A DNA stretch of 64,000 bases from Antedon mediterranea (taxonomy: Eukaryota; Animalia; Echinodermata). The DNA lies in the NCBI RefSeq assembly GCF_964355755.1, contig NC_092678.1:14100371-14164370 (forward strand), read 5' to 3'. This document shows positions 43,497 to 55,286 of this stretch, in pieces. Made by a program: the position numbers and the translations under genes. Position 1 is the first letter of the stretch; every line of letters begins with the position of its first letter. The notes beneath the pieces were generated by a model, which was not told where the DNA came from, searched no databases, and saw nothing but the letters and a program-made list of their open reading frames with translations.

Positions 43497-43880
43497 AGTG
43501 TTCTCTTCTCGTATGACGAGCATTGCAAACGAATCGACAAGATTTCGGAATTTGTCTATGTTTTCATCGTCACGTAGACCGTGCACTATGTCGGCAACAC
43601 CCTGGCGCAAACGCATATCTTTCACGTTGGACTTTGTCGATCCATAACATAGATGAGACGGACGGCAACATCTCGAATGCTCTTCGACGCACAGTTCACA
43701 TCTCATTGGATCGTGTCGTACAACGTGGCGTTCGTTGTTTTTCCCGTCGTGCGAAAACAGCTCTTTTGGTTTAAGTCCGGCATACTTCCACGTGGCCGTC
43801 GTTCTGTAGAAACTCTTACTGGTCGATAACCAACAACCGCTCGTAGGAAACACTCGACACTTTGTCAGCTTCTTTGTCAT
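43488..43880 (-). CDS. HNH / His-Cys-box endonuclease
   Basis: GCWL...VVRH...C...CCRPSHLCYGSTKSNVKD matches the V.H.C..C..P.HL..GT...N..D signature. Confidence 0.8.
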   Translation of the reverse strand: MTKKLTKCRVFPTSGCWLSTSKSFYRTTATWKYAGLKPKELFSHDGKNNERHVVRHDPMRCELCVEEHSRCCRPSHLCYGSTKSNVKDMRLRQGVADIVHGLRDDENIDKFRNLVDSFAMLVIREENTSR

Positions 43881-44576
43881 CTATTTCAACAACTTTTCCG
43901 GCTGTTCACCTGTACGTATTGCAATTGCAGACACGTACATTTTATCGAGTGTTTTGTCGTAGTAACGTTCACCGAAATGTTCGCAAAGAGATTTTTCTAA
44001 CGAAAAGTCATAGTCTGTATACGACATTCTACCACAACCACCATCACCACCAGCACGATAAAAACGACGACTACGACGACGATGTATAGTCCATGATGGG
44101 TTTTCTTCTTCTTCTTTTTCTTCAAATGCGTCACCATTATATTCTTCTTCTCCTGCTTCTCCTCCTCCTCCTCCTCTTTCATCGCAGTCGCCAACGTAAG
44201 CTATGTGCAGTTTAGGATCGAGTATGCGCCACGCAACTCGGTTGCCGGAGACCATACGAACTACAGCATGACATCCATCCATGACGGCTTCTTTAAGACG
44301 AACGTTACATCTAACGGCGTTTCGTTCGTCCAAAACCATGGCATTTTCCGGCCATCGCATATTCAGACGTACATCATCACGATCGGATGGTTTTTCTACC
44401 GCGTAAACAATTTCATTTCGGCCATACAACCCCATTGGAGCGTTGACGGACGACACGTATCGTGAAAACAGCACATTTGGTAACAGCTCTCGTTGTAAAA
44501 ATTTCCGTTGTATATTATAAAAAGGACGTTTTGTGTCACACGAGAGGCCACGCAACTCTGTTCGATTGGACATCAT
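43881..44576 (-). CDS. Hypothetical protein
   Basis: 231-aa ORF whose stop abuts the HNH ATG. Confidence 0.65.
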   Translation of the reverse strand: MMSNRTELRGLSCDTKRPFYNIQRKFLQRELLPNVLFSRYVSSVNAPMGLYGRNEIVYAVEKPSDRDDVRLNMRWPENAMVLDERNAVRCNVRLKEAVMDGCHAVVRMVSGNRVAWRILDPKLHIAYVGDCDERGGGGGEAGEEEYNGDAFEEKEEEENPSWTIHRRRSRRFYRAGGDGGCGRMSYTDYDFSLEKSLCEHFGERYYDKTLDKMYVSAIAIRTGEQPEKLLK

Positions 44577-45399
44577 GAAATCTGAAATTCATAGATGTTA
44601 CGCTCGTCATAATGGCGCTAATACCGTGGACATGAACTATCTGATAGAAAAACGTAAACAAATCTCACAAGAAGATGTCAGTGCCGAAGTTTTCGAATAT
44701 CTATCGGCTGCCTTGCATTGGAATCTCGTCAATTTTTGGGAGATTAGCGGTTACGATCCGAGACAGTTGAACCTTCATCGTGAGTTACAACGATTGAGAA
44801 GTAGTATGTGGGAAATAAGGGGACGTAACACGGCTGCCGATGTTATACGTCGTTTTCTTCGTATCCGAGAGTCCTATCAAGATTACCAAACGTCTTCGTT
44901 GTCCCTCTACTTTGGATACGGCAATTCGGACGTGTTGGACGCACTAAAGAACGTTTTCTATGCCATGCATGAATACGACGACGTACAAACATTTCAGCAA
45001 TGTAACGAGCAACGAAAATTCTCATCGATGGAGGAGCAACAGAATTTGTTGAATCGACACGTCGCTTATTCGTTTCAGACTCTGCTCTATAACGGCGACT
45101 GGACTCATGAGTGTAAAGAACGAGAACAAGGAGAAGTGTTAGATTTTCACGCCGACATCGATGCTTTCCGAAATGAGATATGGACTTCCAGAAATCAATC
45201 GGACGTATACAATTACGTCCGATCGTTTTTTATATTACGACAACGTTATCAGTCGTCGAATAAACAAGGATTCTTTGGACACGGTCAGACGGATGCTATC
45301 GAATGTTTGCGCAATGTTCTATGGAATGTATACAATACTGTAAACGTACATGGACGTCGTCGACGTAATCTTCTTCGTCCTCGTCATTGTCAGAAATAA
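44575..45399 (+). CDS. Helical protein with an internal domain duplication
   Basis: W..R....V.R.F..R..YQ......FG.G..D....L.NV occurs twice. Confidence 0.75.
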   Translation: MKSEIHRCYARHNGANTVDMNYLIEKRKQISQEDVSAEVFEYLSAALHWNLVNFWEISGYDPRQLNLHRELQRLRSSMWEIRGRNTAADVIRRFLRIRESYQDYQTSSLSLYFGYGNSDVLDALKNVFYAMHEYDDVQTFQQCNEQRKFSSMEEQQNLLNRHVAYSFQTLLYNGDWTHECKEREQGEVLDFHADIDAFRNEIWTSRNQSDVYNYVRSFFILRQRYQSSNKQGFFGHGQTDAIECLRNVLWNVYNTVNVHGRRRRNLLRPRHCQK

Positions 45400-45425
45400 A
45401 TAAAAAAAGAAAACAACAATATAGG

Positions 45426-45881
45426 CTATGTTTGATTTATTCTTTTATAAAATCGGCACGATTTCTGTCTTTTTTCGTATTGTGATCGTTTAGATTTTAC
45501 AAAATGTTCAGATAATTTCGTGTCGGTAAATTTAATTAATCTCCATATCTTATGTACTAGTCTATTGTATTCGCTAATTTTGTCCTTTTTCTTATTCCTC
45601 CTCTTATTCTTCTTCTTCTTCTTCTTCTTCTTCTTCTTCTTCTTCTTCTTCATAATCATGCTATATTTCAGCATATCCAACAAGTTCATCAAGTCAAATT
45701 TAAACGATCTTCGAAACGCCTGCAATTGTTCACGGTTTGACTGTATTTCCATGACTCTGGAAAATGATTGAAGCAAGTGAAATATCTCTACACCGTACCG
45801 TAAAGCTTCGTCAAACAACTCCATTCGTCTTTCACGAAGCCAAGCGTATTGCCGATCAGACATTCTTGTGTTTACACGCAA
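45426..45881 (-). CDS. Basic hypothetical protein
   Basis: Helical ORF with a poly-Lys tract. Confidence 0.55.
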   Translation of the reverse strand: MRVNTRMSDRQYAWLRERRMELFDEALRYGVEIFHLLQSFSRVMEIQSNREQLQAFRRSFKFDLMNLLDMLKYSMIMKKKKKKKKKKKKKKNKRRNKKKDKISEYNRLVHKIWRLIKFTDTKLSEHFVKSKRSQYEKRQKSCRFYKRINQT

Positions 45882-47131
45882 TATGTTTTAAAATGCAAAT
45901 GTTCGTTGTAACAGTCACGTATCGACGACGTCGTTTCTACTTTACGTTTTCTCGGCACCTTGACACGCGAACACACTGAAGACTGAATCGATAATGTTCG
46001 ATTGTTTATGTCGTACAATATTTCTTCCATACGATATCTGTACTCACGTTTCCACCTTTCGATCACTTCTACGTCTTTCAATCTGTTAGCAATCGACAGT
46101 GCCAACGTTTCGATATCCATCATTCCACGTTCACCGTCTCTTGTTAGATAACACGAACACAGCAACATCTCAGTCTTTTCTCTCTGATAGACATGCATTA
46201 CTTCGTTGACTTTCACACGTCCAATTTCACCATCACTCAAGCACAATTTATAACCTTTTCGGTAACATCGAGGATGACAATAGTATACATCCACCCAAAT
46301 CGAGTTTGTCTCTGGAAGAGGTACAATTTTCGGTTGAAATCTGCTATGTGTACATGGATATTTGCAAATCACAAACGATTTAATCAGTCGAGGAGAAGGT
46401 GAACGTAGCTGGTACACGGCGTGAATCGTATTCTCGAGTAGTGTAATCAAACGCAAATGCGTTCCCGTACCTTCCCAGACAAATACTGTTTGACAGTACA
46501 CTACTATCGCGTACACATTATTCTCTGTTGCGTCTTCGGTTATGATCTTCCACCAAAGCAGCTTGCATTCCATGTCTCCACTCCTCTGTATATTCCATCC
46601 AAACAACCGTTTACCGTTTACACTAGCCGAGATTGTATGCGAATTCATTTCCATTTCGATACGATTATCAGTAGTATTGGAGGCAAACAACATCGGCTCA
46701 CAATAAGACATCAAACTGTTGGTGTAGTCGATAATCATTTCCGTACACGCGGAAAGATGTTTAGCGAACGTGTTGACGTTCAACACGTCAAAATCATTGA
46801 CGTATCCAAGCACTACACGTTCCACCTGAGCGTAAAGGGCCGTGTACAGTCGATTGCAAAGTAACATGTACGAAGAAAGTATCATCGCGTCAACGTACAT
46901 GGCGGCGTCGCTGTACGCCAATTCCAGTTTACCGTCGCTCTCGATGAACATGAAAAGCCGTTCGGTTACATGCATCGAGACTGGTACTTTGATACTCATT
47001 ATTGCAGTTCGACGAAATCTGTTCCAACCATTTACCATCCCGCATAGCTCAGTCCATTGTAATAGACTCTGTTCTGGCGTAAACAATTGACATTCATCAT
47101 CTTCTGACTTTACGTTGATGATGAAAGCCAT
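45872..47131 (-). CDS. Paralog-family protein with a possible degenerate BTB-like N-terminus
   Basis: Shares W.KI..., C.HS...C...C..KGY.L.L and ..WK..... motifs with 50118..51350. Confidence 0.7.
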   Translation of the reverse strand: MAFIINVKSEDDECQLFTPEQSLLQWTELCGMVNGWNRFRRTAIMSIKVPVSMHVTERLFMFIESDGKLELAYSDAAMYVDAMILSSYMLLCNRLYTALYAQVERVVLGYVNDFDVLNVNTFAKHLSACTEMIIDYTNSLMSYCEPMLFASNTTDNRIEMEMNSHTISASVNGKRLFGWNIQRSGDMECKLLWWKIITEDATENNVYAIVVYCQTVFVWEGTGTHLRLITLLENTIHAVYQLRSPSPRLIKSFVICKYPCTHSRFQPKIVPLPETNSIWVDVYYCHPRCYRKGYKLCLSDGEIGRVKVNEVMHVYQREKTEMLLCSCYLTRDGERGMMDIETLALSIANRLKDVEVIERWKREYRYRMEEILYDINNRTLSIQSSVCSRVKVPRKRKVETTSSIRDCYNEHLHFKTYCV

Positions 47132-47240
47132 GATTTGAACCAAAATTCATAAACATATTTGTATTTATATAATACTTTGTTTGTGTGTGGGTGTGTGTGT
47201 GGGTGTGTGTGTGTGCGCGCGCGCAGGCAACTACGGGACA

Positions 47241-48759
47241 ATGTTTCGACTTTGCCTGATTACTCTACTTTGTAGTGCTACTACACGCGGTACGTTGACA
47301 ATGGACAGAGAGTACGTGGTTGCAAGACCATACACGTCGTTCGAATTGAGATGCACAACGGACAGCAGAAGAGCTTCTCACATACGATGGAATCTACCGA
47401 AGCGTGACGTGGGTATGGTTATCGCCCACATCACGTTGGACATGACATCAAGTATGCTGAAGGTAATGGCCATGACAAAGGATGCCACTGGAACGTACTC
47501 GTGTTACATCGATGAATACAATCGATCGCGTAGAACGTGGACACGAACGCAAAAAGATGCTGTCGTACAAGTCGTCGACGCGTACATCATGCAACCTCGA
47601 GAAGTCGCCACCATCACCATTTCGTCCGGTTCTCGAAACTTTTCAAGCATTCAAGTGTTACGCAATAGCCAAAGGGTTACGTCCGAACCGTCTTCTTCTA
47701 TGTTCGAGACGAGTTATTCACTGGCAATAGCGTCTACAGACAGAAATGTAATTATTGATCAAGTACGCATCTGTGGATACGATACGATATCAGTGAGGAA
47801 GGTTCGATCATGGCCATACGACAGCCTATGTGCACTTTTAGAAACAAAATATTCTGTGTGTTGCATCGTTCCGGATGATCCGTGTAGAAGGGAGGTACCG
47901 GCTCGAATTGCAACGATAACGGTGGACGCCGAAACCGTGGCCATCGGACAAACGTTGAATCTACTATGTCAGTTTCCGAGAGAAACTTTAGTGACGTGGA
48001 TGATACCCGATCCGAAACGTCACGGTACCATGAGAGGTGAACAGTGTAGAACAAACAAAACACATTCGCTTCTACTGGAACAGATCACGGTTCGCGATCA
48101 AGGCTTGTACTCGTGCATAGGATCCAGTGATTATGAATCGATATCTGTACACGTTCGAGTGGTAAACACAATAGAAGAACAGGTGAAACCGTCGTCGTCG
48201 TCGTTGACTATCGGAAACGTGTGTGCAACGACATTGACAGAAGAATTTGGTACCATTAAGAGAATGCCGGCGATACTGTCACCCGCGATACAAATTGTAA
48301 AACCGAAAGGAATGATACTTTTACGTTGCACCACGTCCACGTCCTCAAATAATGTTCTGTGGATACGGAACGGAAAGCAAATTGAACATTCAAGAGCGAT
48401 AGAGGCGTCTTGTAACAACTATCACGAGCATACACTGACAATTATCGATGCCAATCGCTGGGATACGGGAGGTTACGAGTGTATTGTTAACAAAACATAT
48501 TGGGGTAGGGCACACGTGCAGGTTTTAAACGAACCATCTAACCCATCTCTTTTCATCGATCATTTGGTCGACGTGTGTAAAGACTCGAATCCGTGGCAGA
48601 ATACAGGTCCGAAGCAGGTGGATTCAAACAGTTTGCGTTACTGTTATTATTTCAACAAAAGAAACGTGAATTTCAATCGACCGGGAACGTGTTACGATGA
48701 CGGCATGTGTGTAGTGAACATTAAAGACAGATGCGATCATCCGTCACATATTCTCGATT

Positions 48760-48793
<34 letters not shown>

Positions 48794-49667
48794 CGCGACT
48801 CATCCATGCAATCGGGACGCATCAACGATAGGCTCGATTGTAATGTCTAGTCTACATCCGGTACTTGGAGAGTCAGTAACTTTCAATTTTTACTACGAGT
48901 CAGTCATTGCAAAACTGTACAATCTAACTGTAAAATACTTTACAACACAAGAAAATGACAAAGTACTCGTAAACGATAACTTACTAACGATTAGACATTG
49001 CGCTCGAGGCAGAATGGTTACGGTCCGCGTAAACACAAACTATCAAGAATTTTACGATGTCACGACCGATTATTTGTTTCTTCAAGTAATCTTCTCCGCT
49101 AAAAATCTTACCATCTCAAAAGAATTAAAATTGCATAAACAAGACAATGCACCGACCTTTGTCGCCACTGAATTGTGCGCATATAAATTGCCTGTATTAT
49201 GGCATACTGTTGACCATATTGATATCATTTCGTACAATATGCCATCGCGCCTTTCCATCGAGAACATATCGAGTGTACAGCTACTCACCTACAGCGAACA
49301 ATGGAACGTCACAGGTACGTCAAACATCCTGTATCTCATCGGTGTACCAAGTACAGCCAAAGTTGAATGGAAAATCAATGGCGAGAGAATGCGATTGCTT
49401 GTTGACGAATGTAACGTCAACATCGAATCACACGTGTACCACGATCATCGGGTTATTCGCATCTCCTCTAATCATCATCATCATCATCATCATTTAAACG
49501 TAACGGCAGTCGTCAAAGACAAGTCTAGTTTAGCGTTTGTCGGTAGAATGGTTAATGTTGCATTCAAACAACCGATGAAGCCCATAGTATCCGTTCACTA
49601 CTATCATAGCAATAAATATTACGGCATACCGACCGATAGAGTGTATTATTTATCAAACGAGATATAA
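47241..49667 (+). CDS. Secreted multi-Ig-domain glycoprotein
   Basis: Signal peptide. Ig signatures LRC...W...DATGTYSC, LLC...W...DQGLYSC and LRC...W.RNG...DTGGYEC. Many sequons. Confidence 0.85.
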
Positions 49668-49706
49668 CAATAAAGAAAACAACACAAACTAGTTTGTATA
49701 TTCATT

Positions 49707-50051
49707 TTATTTCATATGGTCTACAAGTCGTTGGTTCCAATAGGAAAGACAACGATCTTTGAACATGACAACATCATTTTGCGGTCCATTGTATCCGATA
49801 ATCTTAAGAAAATCTACAAACATGTTGAAAACGTGTACGTGATCAACATCTTCATCGTTTACGTGCAGTGTTGCCATCACAAACGGTGACTCAAACAGTC
49901 CGTAAAAATATTGCATTGTCTGCCGAAATTGAACGATTCCTTTTATACTTTCACCGTTGTAGTTGCATAAGTAGCGCGTTCCACAAAACGATTCCGACAA
50001 CAGCATATGCTTGTCCGAGTTCAATACGACCGCAAACAGATAACACTTCAT
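49707..50051 (-). CDS. Small hypothetical protein
   Basis: 114-aa ATG ORF, convergent with the Ig gene. Confidence 0.5.
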   Translation of the reverse strand: MKCYLFAVVLNSDKHMLLSESFCGTRYLCNYNGESIKGIVQFRQTMQYFYGLFESPFVMATLHVNDEDVDHVHVFNMFVDFLKIIGYNGPQNDVVMFKDRCLSYWNQRLVDHMK

Positions 50052-50117
50052 ACTACGATAACGATTGTTATAATTATATGTTTTTGTTTTGTCTTCTCGT
50101 AGGCCACGTCAAGCGTA

Positions 50118-51350
50118 CTAGAAAAAACAATCTGGTATGTTTTCTTTTTCCTCGTCAATTGCTTTCGCGACAAGTTCACTAAAAATGTCTTCAATACGTA
50201 TCTGCCGAATCGGTTTGTAAGTGAACGAATGGACTGGTATGTGAAACTGACACTCTCTTTCCGCGTTTATGGCATCGTCTGACAATAGGGATTTTTCAAT
50301 TGAATCTATTCTCTTGTCCAATTCCATCTGCGTAGACTTGACACGTTGCTCAAAGTTTGATTTCCATTCGTGAACGTGATGTTCAGACACTTGTTCGGCC
50401 ATAACAGACGCTATGTTCCGAAGACGCTCGTCATATATAGTTTTGTCATACATGTTCGATTCGATCAAATTTCTTCGTTCAATCAACCTCTTCAACTCTA
50501 CATCTTCCCAGTCGGAACGTGGACGTTCAACTCTCGCCTCATCCAGCCACAGTGTGTATCCTTTCTTTGTTGTCTGTTGACAATCTGCGTTGCATGTGCC
50601 ATACTTAATCCGTACCGAATTGGAGTGTTTACAGGTAAATATTTCGGGTTTTGATGATCCGCATACCATTTCACGTTCACAAACCTGATCAATGTGTAAA
50701 ACTTTTGGATATTTACCGAGTTCCAATAGCACGTGGTATAATATCACATCTTTGGCATTTTTATTAAAAGTAAAACGGACGGTTGACAATAAATACAGCC
50801 GTTTCATTGTCTCGTCTCCGTTCAAAATCTTAAACCATATTACTTCGCAATTACTTGCATCGGGTCTAAGCAACTTTCCATCCATTTTCGAAAGGCTCTG
50901 AATAAGTTGGTCGTATACTATCGTCTCATCTGTGTCGTTGAAAGTTTTCGTCAGTAGCTGCTTTAGATTGTCATTGAATAGAAACGGTTGGCATGGTGCG
51001 AGAACCTGTAACCAATATACACCCTGGATTTTTTCCGAATCGTAATGCTTCATGAAACGATCGGCAAAACGGTTCAAATCGAGTATTGCATGTTCACAAC
51101 GGAGCATACGCAACTTCGATTCTACTACCGTTCAAAAGTCATCGGTAATCGTTGGTTTTATGCGCGTGTTGAGCAATATTAAGTCAGCATAATCGCCAAT
51201 GTCCTTTAATTTCAAATCGAAATCACCGCCGTTCAACAAGTAGGAAACAAACCTGCTGATTATGTCTGGAGTGATGGATTCCGATAATATGTCTCTCACG
51301 TAGACTGTGAAATCAATTTTCAGATTAGGATGTATGAACGAAGTAGACAT
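50118..51350 (-). pseudogene. Paralog of 45872..47131 interrupted by an in-frame TGA (51132-51134)
   Basis: ORFs 51132..51350 and 50118..51113 share a frame. ITDDF*TVVESKLRMLRCEHAILDLNRFA aligns with LYTALYAQVERVV...VLNVNTFA of the paralog. Confidence 0.7.
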
Positions 51351-51390
51351 GATATCGAAATGACAGTCAAAGTGAAATTGTTTGTGCTAT

Positions 51391-52329
51391 TTATTCGTTT
51401 TTCTCTAAACAGTCTTTTACAAACGTTGAAAAACTACCGATTATACTCCGTTTAATCTTATGTTCAACAGAACCACGAAATGCAGACGCTGAATGCATTC
51501 GTTTGTACTCGCCTCCGCCGGGAAAACATCTAGGTGGAATGCCAAACATTTTACATAGCCCATGGCCCCATTTCATACGTCTGCCACTGTCCAAAGACAG
51601 AAAGCGTACACTTCCTCGGTTCGTGTGCAACGTTTGCGAGTACCGTTTACCGATCGCAAACGGTGCAATTATTGCATAATATAAACTACCGTCATCGGCA
51701 AATAACTGTACAGTGCCCGGTACAATTGTCTTGTCCGGCGTGTACAGACAAACGCACGCCATAAGCACCCAAACGCTGTCTTCGGTCCAGGTAATCAATG
51801 GAACCGGCAGATCAGACGGTGAGGCGTCCAGAAAATCGGCGACACGAGCGTTGTTTCTCGGCTGATGCGGTACGGTCATGTAAACGTTCTCTCGACCGAC
51901 TTGTTTCAGTCTTTGAATAACTTCACTCTCATTCAATCCGGCCATCAGCGTGTTTTCTACGTGTGAAACAAGCAGACCGCTACCCTCTCTCGGAGAACAC
52001 ACTTTAAAGTACATTTCGTCCTCTTCATAATCCGATTGTTGTATACTGCAACGACGACATGCAATCAGCGTGGGTACGTCATTTGCTCGCCTGTTTTGGT
52101 TTGCAGACATAAAAAGTGCCATCAATTCCAACGATTCTAACACGGATCTTTTTCCTTCTTCGTATAACTTTTTTAGAGGCTCCACGTTGCCTATTACGTC
52201 TACTATCGGTTCCTGTAGTCCCACCATTCTGGGAAGGTTCCTCATCAGCTGTCGATACATTACCTCCTCCTCCAAGCCGTCCATTACTCGCTGGTCGTTG
52301 TGGTGTCGACAGTTTGACGTGCCTAACAA
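51391..52329 (-). CDS. Hypothetical viral protein
   Basis: ~300-aa complex ORF; first ATG at MDGLEEE. Confidence 0.7.
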   Translation of the reverse strand: MLGTSNCRHHNDQRVMDGLEEEVMYRQLMRNLPRMVGLQEPIVDVIGNVEPLKKLYEEGKRSVLESLELMALFMSANQNRRANDVPTLIACRRCSIQQSDYEEDEMYFKVCSPREGSGLLVSHVENTLMAGLNESEVIQRLKQVGRENVYMTVPHQPRNNARVADFLDASPSDLPVPLITWTEDSVWVLMACVCLYTPDKTIVPGTVQLFADDGSLYYAIIAPFAIGKRYSQTLHTNRGSVRFLSLDSGRRMKWGHGLCKMFGIPPRCFPGGGEYKRMHSASAFRGSVEHKIKRSIIGSFSTFVKDCLEKNE

Positions 52330-52369
52330 AGTAAGAAAACATCGTTATTAGTGTCTATATTTGAATCAA

Positions 52370-53293
52370 ATGATGTTGATGATGATGATGATGATGAAGA
52401 CGATGGAAAGTATCAAAGAACCGTCGCTCGAAGGACCTAATCGAGCATTCTATGTCGATCAAGCGTATCTGAGTGCCAACTTTGAAAGGGGCTCGAACGA
52501 CGTACGTGGAAAACTATATCCTCCATCGGACAATACATTGATTCAATCCGGACAGGTATTACTGGGAATATACAGTTTGACATATAATCAAACTGGATTC
52601 GTTCCGGGTCCGAACGGCATAGAAACGCCACATCACAAAGACGTAGACGATGCGGAAAGACAGCGTCTGATTAAGGAGAGTGACATGAAGAAATACATGG
52701 TACTGGGAGTCGCCGGTACAGAGCTTACAGACTGGCCGTCCAATAAACTATTTTCCGTTATCACTCAATCTACCGACTGCAAGTATATCAACACCGGCTC
52801 TCGCACAATACTCGACGGACAAATAGTTTGCGTTCGATATCCAACGCAGAGTGAATGCGACGAGCACATGGCCAGATATAGAACATTAAAATGGGTCACG
52901 TACGGTCTAAATCCGTCATCGGATTCGTCGCGAATTGACAGTATGCTCAGATACATGGCACTGAACAAAGGTACAGCAGAGGCAGCAAACAACGCACAGT
53001 TTGAGATGGCCAGAATGTCTGTTATTGCAATCTGTAAACATGTTAACAAGTTTCAAAAAAATAGGCTGATTCCTGATGATGCACATTGGCCGGAAAACGG
53101 TTACTTGGGCGAAGACGTTGCCGAAGTTTTCACCAACGATCAATCGAAAGATGATCTTGCCGATATGATGGGTCATATGTTACGTGTTGGAGACATTGCA
53201 ACAAGCAAGTTTGGCATGGCCGTGTTAGGATTCGCGTGCGGAGACACGAAACCTTGGCAATCTGGCCGAATAATATTGCAAACAAACGTTTAA
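52370..53293 (+). CDS. Putative capsid triplex subunit 2
   Basis: VLGVAGT...YINTGSRTILDGQIVCVRYP...VLGFACGDTKPWQSGRIIL resembles the beta-tulip motifs of allo-/mirusvirus triplex proteins. Directly upstream of the MCP candidate. Confidence 0.6.
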   Translation: MMLMMMMMMKTMESIKEPSLEGPNRAFYVDQAYLSANFERGSNDVRGKLYPPSDNTLIQSGQVLLGIYSLTYNQTGFVPGPNGIETPHHKDVDDAERQRLIKESDMKKYMVLGVAGTELTDWPSNKLFSVITQSTDCKYINTGSRTILDGQIVCVRYPTQSECDEHMARYRTLKWVTYGLNPSSDSSRIDSMLRYMALNKGTAEAANNAQFEMARMSVIAICKHVNKFQKNRLIPDDAHWPENGYLGEDVAEVFTNDQSKDDLADMMGHMLRVGDIATSKFGMAVLGFACGDTKPWQSGRIILQTNV

Positions 53294-53359
53294 ATACCAT
53301 TAACATCTTTGTGTCATCTGTGTGTGTGTGTGTGTGTGTTTACGACGACGACGACGACG

Positions 53360-55252
53360 ATGATGATGGACACAAAGTACACGATCGCACCGTTTCTCGG
53401 TCGTGCTTGCGTAGATCTCAGAGATGTGGTCAACAATGACAATCTATACCCGATCGATGAGATGCAAGCCATCAGCGGTCATCCTGACTATGTTGGATAC
53501 TCGGACAGAGGAGCGGCCGTGACTGACCGAGATGTATGTTTGATGAAGGATTTACGATTGAAAACGAGAATTTTGATGAATTCCATGTGCACCGAAGATC
53601 CAAACGATCATTCGCTATGGCTATGTCCGCGAGTCATATACAGGGGATTGTCCACGTTCAGTATAACGACAAAAGTGGCAGAGGCCGTGGTGTTGGATCG
53701 ATGCACCGCAGCATCGGACGTGTCGGCGCTGCGTACCAGAACCAGCTGTAGACAGTACAGCGGCAACATGAGAGGAGGTGCAATAGTCATTTCGGCCGAA
53801 GCGATACAGCGCAGCACCGACGAGGCCCTACACAAGCTGTTTATGCTAAAAGAACGACAACTGAGCGCTTCAATGGATGTAACACAAAAACATGACATGT
53901 TCAGTAGCATGATGATGGCGCCAACCATAACGTTTGCGGAATTGTGTAACGTTCAGAACGATCGAATGAGCAAATCGGACATGTTTTACAAGCGTTTTCG
54001 ACAGGACAAGGACGAATTCATGTCTTTCAATCTTCGACGAACCGGTCCACTGGCCACCTTCATCGATCTGGACAAGTCGTTGAGATTCGGAAACACGTCT
54101 ACCATGTGCACACCACCCGACACCATCATCGTACATCCGGCGCTGATGAGTGAATTGCCTTTGAAAAATGCCACTCATCGCCCTACACGACAAGTCTTCT
54201 ATCGTTGCACGAAAGATCAAAAAGAACTCGACGAATCGGACATCAAAGTGTTGACGGGTGCCGAATGTCAGGCACCAGCTCCGAACAAAACGATGCTCGT
54301 CAACGGTTCCGAACGATATGTCATGTCAATGCCAAATGCTTCCATCGACGACGACGGCTGTCGAAGTAACCTCTCCGAAACGACGGCAAGTTTCAAGAGT
54401 TACGTCCTCTCGGGACTGATCCCGTTAAGCCGCGGTCGATCAAGACCCCCGGACTTTGAACGCATCACGAACGTTCCGTGGAACGAGATTCGAGTCACCG
54501 ATCTAGACAAGGGCATAGACGGTACCATTCGACTGTGTGAGGTAATGGAACGAAGTGGATACTATTCACCCGAAACCTATCAAACATCTCGATACCAACG
54601 CATGTTCACCGATACGCCCGCACTGTGTCGCGTCCGAAACCAGATGACGGCGGCAATGTTTGATCGAGACTGTCTGCAGGAACAGAATCTGAGTAATCGA
54701 TCGTGTCTGCTTCGACCCAGTCGGAAGGTTTTCTACAATCCGATCGAGAAAAAGTTTATGCCGGCCATCACGTACGGACACAGTGAGCTTCCCGAATCAC
54801 CGGTTGAAGGTGGTGACGTGACAGCCGGCATGACGTTGATGGCAAAGTTTTTCTCGTCCGAAGATAAATTTGATAAACTCTACGAATGTGGCTTTCAGTA
54901 TCTGCGCAACTGTTTGGCGTTGAAATGGGACGCGCAAACGTGCTTATCGTTGAGGAAAATGGACGAAGATCCGCTAACAATCGATGAAACGCTAAAACAC
55001 GACGTTGAAAAAAACGATGGATTGACGCATTTCGTTAGACATCGATATCTCACGCGCATTCATGACATTTTCCAAACTCAAGCCAAAGAAGATAAACGCA
55101 TATTGGAGACGTGCATTGCCATCGAAAGTGCGCTTTCCATCACTGACCGACTGCACGAGATGATTATGTCGTTGACAAAGAAATGTCCAAACTACACGCA
55201 TTCTTGGTTTTTCTCCAAAGCCGCGCAAGTTTCATGCCGAAGAAATGCTGCT

Positions 55253-55286
<34 letters not shown>

